Origin: Myxococcota bacterium | Lineage (GTDB): Bacteria; Myxococcota_A; UBA9160; PR03 | Reading direction: 5' to 3' | NCBI GenBank assembly: GCA_041611735.1 | Contig: JBFIML010000072.1 | Span: 1 to 13,071, forward strand | Length of the DNA stretch: 13,071 nt | The notes under the pieces: model-generated | Database searches by the model: none | What the model saw: the letters and a program-made list of their open reading frames with translations, nothing else | What the model was told of the DNA's origin: nothing | Part shown: positions 7,291 through 13,071 of the stretch, one piece after another | Numbering within the stretch: the first letter of the stretch is position 1 | How the letters are laid out: each line of letters starts with the position of its first letter | Made by a program: the position numbers and the translations under genes

Positions 7291-7430
7291 ACGCGCCGAA
7301 TCCGGATTGCGCCGCGGCGGACATCCTCGCCTGGGTGAAGCCCAGGCTCCGGTGTCCACGGCCTGCGCGCAGCCAACGGCTCGCGCAGGCTGACTTCTTC
7401 TCTCGAGGCGGCGTGACGGATCGGGGCTAG

Positions 7431-7541
7431 ATCTCGAGAGGAGCGCTGGTAAAGGACGAGATTCCGTGCCAGGGGCGCGGCGAGATCGAGGTGAAGGGGC
7501 TCCACTACCCGGTGCGGGTCTATGAGGTGGTTGACGAAGCC
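7431..7541 (+). pseudogene. C-terminal fragment of a class III adenylate/guanylate cyclase
   Basis: Translates ISRGALVKDEIPCQGRGEIEVKGLHYPVRVYEVVDEA, resembling the cyclase tail pattern G-x-I-x-VKG...PV-x-x-Y-x-V. In-frame TAG at 7428 just upstream and no start codon. Confidence 0.7.
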
Positions 7542-7632
7542 TCGCATCCGCGCGCGCCAGCTCGAGATCCGCTGGGAAGCGCGGGAGGCGGGGCTGGATG
7601 AGGCTCGAGGGCCAGTTTCGAATTTATGCAGT

Positions 7633-7918
7633 CTACGACGCGCGGCGCAGGCGAGGCACCCTGCGGTAGGGCGGTTTTGCGCCAGATCGTAGGCGGCTTG
7701 CAGGTTCAGCCAGAACTCGGGCGTGGTGTTGAGGGCCTGGCCAGCAGCCACGCGGTCTCGGGAGTCACTCCGCGCTTGCCGCGGACCAGCTCATTGATCC
7801 GCTGAACCGGGACACCGAGGTACTCTGCGAGTGCCATTTGGGTCTGGCCCATGGGCACCAGGAACTCCTCGAGCAGAACTTCTACCGGGTGGGTCGGGAT
7901 CCGGCGTTCAGGCTGCAT
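7633..7918 (-). pseudogene. higA: HigA-family antitoxin, frameshifted
   Basis: PTHPVEVLLEEFLVPMGQTQMALAEYLGVPVQRINELVRGKRGVTPETAWLL, then a frame change near 7740 to QALNTTPEFWLNLQAAYDLAQNRPT, and a probable second change near 7665 to RRVPRLRRAS-stop. Confidence 0.88.
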
Positions 7919-7920
7919 GC

Positions 7921-8217
7921 TTACCCCCTGTGGTAGTCGAGGAGCCGTACATCGTGAGCGGCGCCTTCTGCCCAGCGAAACACGACGCGCTACTGCTCGT
8001 TCACTCGAATGCTGTGGAAGCCCCGCCGGTCGCCCCGAAGGGCCGAGAGCCGGTTCCCCGGTGGCGATCGAAGAGCGAGCAGAGCCTGGGCAGCGTTCAA
8101 CATGTCGAGCTTGCGGAGCGCCACGGCGACGATGTCATTCGGGAACGCGCGCGCCCGGCGCGTTCGTAGCCCGTGGTAGAGATCCGCCGTGGCCCGGTCG
8201 CCGAACGAAGCGATCAC
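7921..8217 (-). pseudogene. higB: HigB-family (RelE/ParE superfamily) toxin with a premature amber codon
   Basis: MIASFGDRATADLYHG...RKLDMLNAA...LRSPPGNRLSALRGDRRGFHSIRVNEQ, then TAG (7990-7992), then RVVFRWAEGAAHDVRLLDYHRG-TAA. The TAG replaces the conserved Trp of the N-x-Q-W-R motif. Confidence 0.9.
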
Positions 8218-8344
8218 CTAGCGGATGCTCTCCGAGTTGCATGGACGAGCGGAGACCCAAGACCGGGACATGGCCCGGTGGCAGGGCGCGAAGGGACAGG
8301 TACCATGGCCCAACGTCGATGCGCACCGAACGTAAGGTTGTCAG

Positions 8345-8776
8345 GTGATCGATCCCAGGCGTCTCAAGAGGTGGCTGATCGTTGCCGCCGTCGCCTATCT
8401 GATCTTTCCTCGCGACCTCGTTCCGGACTTCAGCGGACGAGGACTCGGCTACATCGAGGACCTGATCTTGATCGGCCTCGCGACCTACTACTACCGCGTC
8501 TACCAGCGGCGATATGCCGCCCGCACGGCCGGCAGCCAGCGGCAGCAGCGTCGAGACGAAGGGGCGAGCACGACCGGCTCCGACAAGTCGTTCGATCCTT
8601 ATCAGGTTCTGGGCATCGCTCGTTCAGCAACCGGGGAAGACATCCAGGCCGCCTACAGGGCCCGCATGAGGGAGTACCACCCGGACAAGGTGGCCCATCT
8701 GGGCGAGGAGCTGCAGAAGCTCGCTCACCACAAGGCGCTCGAGATCCAGCAGGCCTACAGGGAACTGGTGGGCTGA
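8345..8776 (+). CDS. Membrane J-domain co-chaperone: N-terminal DUF1232/YkvA-like segment and C-terminal DjlA-type DnaJ domain
   Basis: AYLIFPRDLVPDFSGRGLGYIEDL fits the DUF1232 pattern. DPYQVLGI...IQAAYRARMREYHPDKVAHLG...EIQQAY is a J domain with an intact HPD motif. Confidence 0.88.
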   Translation: MIDPRRLKRWLIVAAVAYLIFPRDLVPDFSGRGLGYIEDLILIGLATYYYRVYQRRYAARTAGSQRQQRRDEGASTTGSDKSFDPYQVLGIARSATGEDIQAAYRARMREYHPDKVAHLGEELQKLAHHKALEIQQAYRELVG

Positions 8777-8902
8777 GCCATGCGCAGCGAGCTGCAGGTG
8801 AGCCAAGTCCACCGGGCCCAAACGACGGCGAGACGCTAGTAGCTGGGGCATGGGAGAGTCCTCTGCACTCGCCACGCTTCTCGAACATCAGAGGAGATGG
8901 GC

Positions 8903-9076
8903 ATGCAGCGGGGACGCCGGATGCGGACCCACCCGGGAGAAGTCCGACTCGAGGAGTTCCTCGTTCCCATGGCGCAGACCCAGGTGGCGCTGGCCGGAAG
9001 TCTCGCTGTGCCGGTACAGCGGATCAACGAGCTGGTCCGCGGCAAGTGCGGAGTCACTCCCGAGGCCGCGTGGCTC
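8903..9076 (+). pseudogene. higA: Second, truncated HigA-family antitoxin preceded by a higB 3' remnant
   Basis: THPGEVRLEEFLVPMAQTQVALAGSLAVPVQRINELVRGKCGVTPEAAWL; homology stops before the FWLNLQ helix. Upstream LLEHQR aligns with LLDYHR at the end of the first higB copy. Confidence 0.8.
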
Positions 9077-9205
9077 CGCGTGGGATCACCGGGTGCCCGG
9101 AGCGCGCCCGTAGGAAGCGGGGCGCGCGACGCCGGACGGGCGCGGCTCGTGCCGGTCCAGGCGGCTCCATTCCTGGCTGGCCTGCGACGGGGAGCCAGGT
9201 AGAGC

Positions 9206-9664
9206 TTGATCCAGATCTTCGTCGACGCCGATGCGTGTCCCGTCAAGGACGAGGTCTACGTGGTGGCGACCCGTCACGGCGTGCAGGTGGTGCTCGTCGC
9301 CAACGCGCGCATGTTCGTGCCCGAGGGGCTCGGCGTGGAGCTCGTGGTGGTCGAGCAGGGCGCGGACTCTGCAGACGACTGGATCGCCGCGAATGCCCGC
9401 GCCGGCGACGTCGTCGTCACGGCGGACATCCCGCTGGCGGCGCGCTGCCTCGAGGTGGGCGCGCGCGTGCTCGGGACCACCGGCCAGCCGTTCACCGAGG
9501 ATTCGGTGGGCGCCGCGCTGGCGATGCGCGACCTGAAGGAGCGCCTGCGCGAGACGGGCCTGGCGGCGGCCGGCCCGCCCCCGATCTCGGAGCGGGACCG
9601 CTCGCGTTTCCTCGGCAAGCTGGATCAGCTGGTGCAGCTCGGCCTGCGCGACCTGGCTCGCTGA
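9206..9664 (+). CDS. yaiI: YaiI/YqxD family protein (UPF0178, DUF188)
   Basis: IFVDADACPVKDE, GADSADDWI, GDVVVTADIPLAARCL motifs; TTG start. Confidence 0.93.
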   Translation: MIQIFVDADACPVKDEVYVVATRHGVQVVLVANARMFVPEGLGVELVVVEQGADSADDWIAANARAGDVVVTADIPLAARCLEVGARVLGTTGQPFTEDSVGAALAMRDLKERLRETGLAAAGPPPISERDRSRFLGKLDQLVQLGLRDLAR

Positions 9665-9800
9665 ACTTTGCTGGGCGCGGCCCGTCCGTTCCGAGATTCA
9701 TGCATCCCGGGATGGCAGCCTGCGGGAGGGCATGGCCCTCGAGGCACCGCGGGCGCAGGAGGAGGGCTAGACTAGTCGGCGCCGGGCCGGGGAGGAAGTC

Positions 9801-11534
9801 GTGCAGGACGAGAGCGAAGATCGCCCGCTGGGCGGCGCCGACCGCATCGAGACGCGCAAGCGCGGGGTGTGGCTGCTCAAGAACCCCTCCACCAACAAGG
9901 GCACCGCTTTCAGCCGCGATGAGCGGCGTGGGCTCGATCTCGAGGGCCTGCTTCCGCACCAGGTGATGACCATCGAGCAGCAGCTGGAGCTCGAGCTCGA
10001 GCACATCCGCGCCAAGCACGACGACCTCGAGCAGTACATCGGCCTGGCGAGCCTCCAGGATCGCAACGAGGTGCTGTTCTACCGGATGCTCGTAGAGCAC
10101 CTGACCGAGCTCATGCCGATCGTCTACACGCCCACGGTGGGGCGGGCGTGCCAGGAGTTCAGCCACATCTTCCGGGGTGCGCGTGGGATCTGGATCACAC
10201 CAGACGACGTGAACGAGGTGGACCAGATCCTGCGCAACGCGCCCTTCCGCGACATCCGGCTGATCGTGGTGACGGACAACGAGCGCATCCTCGGCTTGGG
10301 CGACCAGGGCGCCGGCGGCATGGGCATCCCGATCGGAAAGCTCGCGCTGTACGTGGCGGGCGGCGGTATCCATCCCTCGAAGTGCCTCCCCGTGAGTCTC
10401 GACGTGGGGACGAACAACGCCAAGCTGCTCGAGGACCCGCTCTACATGGGCTACCGGAAGCCCCGCCTCACGGGGCCCGCCTACGACGAGTTCATCGAGG
10501 CCTTCGTGCAGGGGGTGCGCGGGGCGTGGCCGCGCGCGTTGGTGCAGTGGGAGGACTTCGCGAAGCCGCGCGCCTTCGCGCTGCTCGAGCGCTACCGCAA
10601 GCGCATGCCCTGCTTCAACGACGACATCCAGGGCACCGGCGCCGTCGCCCTCGCGGGCATCTTCGCGGCGCTTCGCATCACGGGCGAACCGATCACCGCC
10701 CAGCGCGTGCTCTTCATCGGCGCGGGGGAGGCGTGCACGGGGATCGCGCGGCTCACGGCCCAGGCGATGCGCGCCGAGGGCGCTCGGCCCGAGGAGATCG
10801 GACGGTCGCTCGCCGCGTTTGACAGCCGGGGCCTGCTGCATCATGGCCGTGAGATCGAGGAGCCCTTCAAGGGCGAGCTCGCCCTCTCGGAGCAGGCGCT
10901 GGAGTTCCACGGCCTCGACGCGAGCAAGGAGCTGTCGCCGGTGGACGTGATCCGCGCCCTGCGGCCGACGGTGCTGGTGGGTGCCACGGCGCAGCCGGGC
11001 GCCTTCACCCGCGAGATGCTCGAGGAGATGGCGCGGCACGTGGAGCGACCGGTGGTCATGCCGCTCTCGAACCCCACGTCGCAGGCGGAGTGCACCCCGG
11101 AGCAGGCGCTCGCGTGGACCGGCGGCCGCGCCCTGGTCGCGACCGGGAGTCCCTTCCCCGACGTGATGAGCGAGGGCCGCCGCCGCGTGATCGGCCAGGC
11201 CAACAACGTGTTCATCTTCCCCGGCGTGGGCCTCGGCGCCATCGTCGCCGAGGTGCACGAGGTGACCGACGAGATGTTCTCGGTCGCTGCGCGTACGCTG
11301 GCCGACTGCGTCAGCGACGAGCGCCTCGCCGCGGAGGCCGTCTACCCGAGCCAAGGCGAGCTGCGCGAGGTGAGCTTCGCGATCGCCTGCGCCGTGGTGC
11401 ACTGCGCCCGCGATGCGCAGCTGGGTCGCCGGATTCCGGATGACCGGGTGGAGGAGACCGTGCGCCAGGCCGTCTGGTACCCGGACTACATCCCGATCCT
11501 GCCGAAGGGCGACCGGATCGGGCGGCCTGGCTGA
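9801..11534 (+). CDS. maeA: NAD-dependent malic enzyme (MaeA/SfcA type)
   Basis: NKGTAF, LMPIVYTPTVG, VTDNERILGLGDQG, QWEDF, FNDDIQGTG, GAGEA, PLSNPT, GQANNVFIFPG motifs. GGAGG RBS before the GTG start. Confidence 0.96.
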   Translation: MQDESEDRPLGGADRIETRKRGVWLLKNPSTNKGTAFSRDERRGLDLEGLLPHQVMTIEQQLELELEHIRAKHDDLEQYIGLASLQDRNEVLFYRMLVEHLTELMPIVYTPTVGRACQEFSHIFRGARGIWITPDDVNEVDQILRNAPFRDIRLIVVTDNERILGLGDQGAGGMGIPIGKLALYVAGGGIHPSKCLPVSLDVGTNNAKLLEDPLYMGYRKPRLTGPAYDEFIEAFVQGVRGAWPRALVQWEDFAKPRAFALLERYRKRMPCFNDDIQGTGAVALAGIFAALRITGEPITAQRVLFIGAGEACTGIARLTAQAMRAEGARPEEIGRSLAAFDSRGLLHHGREIEEPFKGELALSEQALEFHGLDASKELSPVDVIRALRPTVLVGATAQPGAFTREMLEEMARHVERPVVMPLSNPTSQAECTPEQALAWTGGRALVATGSPFPDVMSEGRRRVIGQANNVFIFPGVGLGAIVAEVHEVTDEMFSVAARTLADCVSDERLAAEAVYPSQGELREVSFAIACAVVHCARDAQLGRRIPDDRVEETVRQAVWYPDYIPILPKGDRIGRPG

Positions 11535-11576
11535 GCGGGGCTCAGCGGCGGGCGCGGGAGGGTCCGGCGTGGGGCT

Positions 11577-12857
11577 TCAGTTGCAGGGGAGCCCCAACCC
11601 TTCGGCGGCCTGGCGGATGGCCTGGCGGCAAAGGAAGCGCTCGAAGTCCGTGATGCCCTGGATGTCGACGGAGGGCTCCGGCGCGGGCAGGTTCAGCTGG
11701 CAGATGTTGTCCTCGGTGAACTCGAAGGCCAGCGCGGAGCAGTCCGCGCTCTCGGTGGAGCAATCCGCTCCGTCGAGGCGTACGGCCCGCACCGCCGTGA
11801 GCGGCTTCGCGTCGATCCGGGTGTCGATGCACGTGAGATCCGTATACGTGGTCTCGTCCTCGAGGGCGAGGATCAGGCCGGCCACCTCCGTCACCCCGAA
11901 GCACGGGCAGGAGGGGCCGGCGCCTTTCGCGCAAGGAAGGACCGCTCCGTCGGTGAGCTCGCGGAAGAGTCCATCCAGGCGGGCGCAGGTGGCGAGCGGC
12001 GCGCGCCGCGCGGCCCCGTCGCATTCGAGCGCCTCGCAGTAGGCCCTGCAGAGACCGAGCGCGCGGCCTCGGAAACCCGCGTCGCGGCAGGGTGCGGATG
12101 CCCCACGACGGAACTCCACGCGGAGCGCGGGTCGCGCGGGAGGCAGCGGGCTCTCCCGGGAGTCGAAGCGTTTCACGGTGGCGGGCGAGGCCTCGTCTCC
12201 CAGCAGGATCCAGCCGAAGTCGCGCGCCGGGTCGTCGAGCCACACCTGGACGTCCGCCGTCATCTGGGGAGAGCTCCAGACGTAGACGCCCGGCGCCTCG
12301 ACCACGGTGCTCGCCGAAGCCACGGGCGAGAAGTCGCCACCGGCGTCGGACCAGACGTACTCATCGAAGAATCGGTGGATCCAGGTGGCGTCGCCGGGCA
12401 AGGCGGGAGCGCCGCGGCCTCCGTCGTACCAGGAGGCGCCCTCGCCCCAATCGGCGAGTACCCGGTGGAGCCGCAGTGTCGAGGCTCCGCCATTGTCCTG
12501 GGAGGCCTCCAGCGCGAGGGCGACCCTCGTGACGACAGCGCCCGCCGGCAGGGCCTGCGCCACGTCGAAGGCCAGCAGAGCCCGCCGCACGGACCCCGCC
12601 TCCTGGCTGGTGCGGCCCGCGAAGACGAAGGGCCCAGCGCCGTTGCTGAGCGAGCCGTCCGTGGTCTCGATCAGCGTGTTGTCCTGGCTCGCGGGCAGGA
12701 TCGCGACCGCCGCCGAGACCGGGGCGGCCACGAGCGTCGCTCCCAGCACCAGGGCGGCGCCGGACGCGCCCCACCGGAACAGCCGAGCGCCCCCCGAACC
12801 TCGCTGGCCGCCTCCGTCCTCTCGTCCCGCTGTCGAGGCGCGCTGGCTCGCCGCCAC
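11577..12857 (-). CDS. Secreted DNRLRE-domain protein with a cysteine-rich C-terminal domain
   Basis: Hydrophobic signal AALVLGATLVAAPVSA; ASQDNTLIE...RRALLAFDV...WGEG...DVQVWLDDP...FDSRE...RPALRVEF fits the DNRLRE pattern; 14 Cys in the last ~170 aa. GGAGG RBS before the GTG start. Confidence 0.8.
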   Translation of the reverse strand: MAASQRASTAGREDGGGQRGSGGARLFRWGASGAALVLGATLVAAPVSAAVAILPASQDNTLIETTDGSLSNGAGPFVFAGRTSQEAGSVRRALLAFDVAQALPAGAVVTRVALALEASQDNGGASTLRLHRVLADWGEGASWYDGGRGAPALPGDATWIHRFFDEYVWSDAGGDFSPVASASTVVEAPGVYVWSSPQMTADVQVWLDDPARDFGWILLGDEASPATVKRFDSRESPLPPARPALRVEFRRGASAPCRDAGFRGRALGLCRAYCEALECDGAARRAPLATCARLDGLFRELTDGAVLPCAKGAGPSCPCFGVTEVAGLILALEDETTYTDLTCIDTRIDAKPLTAVRAVRLDGADCSTESADCSALAFEFTEDNICQLNLPAPEPSVDIQGITDFERFLCRQAIRQAAEGLGLPCN

Positions 12858-13071
12858 GGCAGACCTCCGTCCGCTTCATTCCTTCGCCAGCCCTGGTTCG
12901 TATGCAGTGCAAGGGGCGTGCCCGTTGCCCTCGCGCCCGGGATGCGCCCGGGCTTCGAACCTGCCCTGCTGGGACAGCCCTGCCTGGCGCTTGTGGCGGC
13001 TCGCCTCACTCGGGCCCGGAGCCTCGCCTGTCGGGATGCGTGGGATGCTCCCAGGCGCTCGAGTCTGGCAC

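Noticed and set aside
7287-7751. 154-aa minus-strand ORF as an independent gene
   Set aside because: Its start is the frameshifted higA C-terminus and the rest is antisense to the cyclase fragment.
7990-7992. Amber recoding or programmed readthrough in higB
   Set aside because: TAG is the normal stop of intact neighbours (ending 7290 and 4001). TGG->TAG is a single transition and the partner antitoxin is also damaged.
8211-8351. 9-bp inverted repeat AGGTGATCG at the starts of higB and the J-domain gene
   Set aside because: Explained by both genes starting GTG ATC; too short to support an invertible-promoter claim, and no recombinase is nearby.
8173-11402. ORFs 8173-9966 (+) and 9492-11402 (-)
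   Set aside because: Alternative-frame or antisense overlaps of clearly identified genes; Arg/Gly/Pro-rich or typical antisense composition.
11530-11546. GCTGAGC-GGG-GCTCAGC hairpin between the convergent maeA and DNRLRE genes as an intrinsic terminator
   Set aside because: The hairpin is present but has no T-tract on either strand, so a terminator call is unsupported.
12935-12970. GGTTCGAA tRNA T-loop-like motif on the minus strand
   Set aside because: The flanking bases do not form a T-stem and there is no acceptor stem or CCA.
1-13071. CRISPR array, integrase, transposase or reverse transcriptase
   Set aside because: No regularly spaced repeats and no catalytic motifs for these enzymes were found in the window.

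Overview
GC-rich bacterial window with three zones. The PEP-CTERM protein implies a diderm host; a Myxococcota-like host is only a guess. (1) Positions <1-5210 are the right arm of an integrative element ending in the displaced 3' half of a tRNA-Gly(CCC) gene (att site, 5165-5210), with candidate integrase arm-type repeats just inside. It carries a minus-strand module of an orphan 238-aa protein, an excisionase-like HTH protein and a Zn-finger/TOPRIM/AAA_25 primase-helicase fusion, plus a PEP-CTERM-anchored FGE-fold surface protein. No integrase, capsid, terminase or conjugation gene is visible, so it looks like a phage-satellite-like or minimal integrative element continuing left of the window. 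(2) Positions ~5210-9200 are a decayed zone: FG-GAP and adenylate cyclase fragments, an intact LLM-class F420-dependent oxidoreductase, and two oppositely oriented broken higBA copies flanking an intact DUF1232/J-domain gene. (3) Positions ~9200-13071 hold ordinary chromosomal genes: YaiI/UPF0178, NAD-dependent malic enzyme, and a secreted DNRLRE-domain protein with a 14-Cys tail. All family calls come from motif recognition by eye, not database searches.
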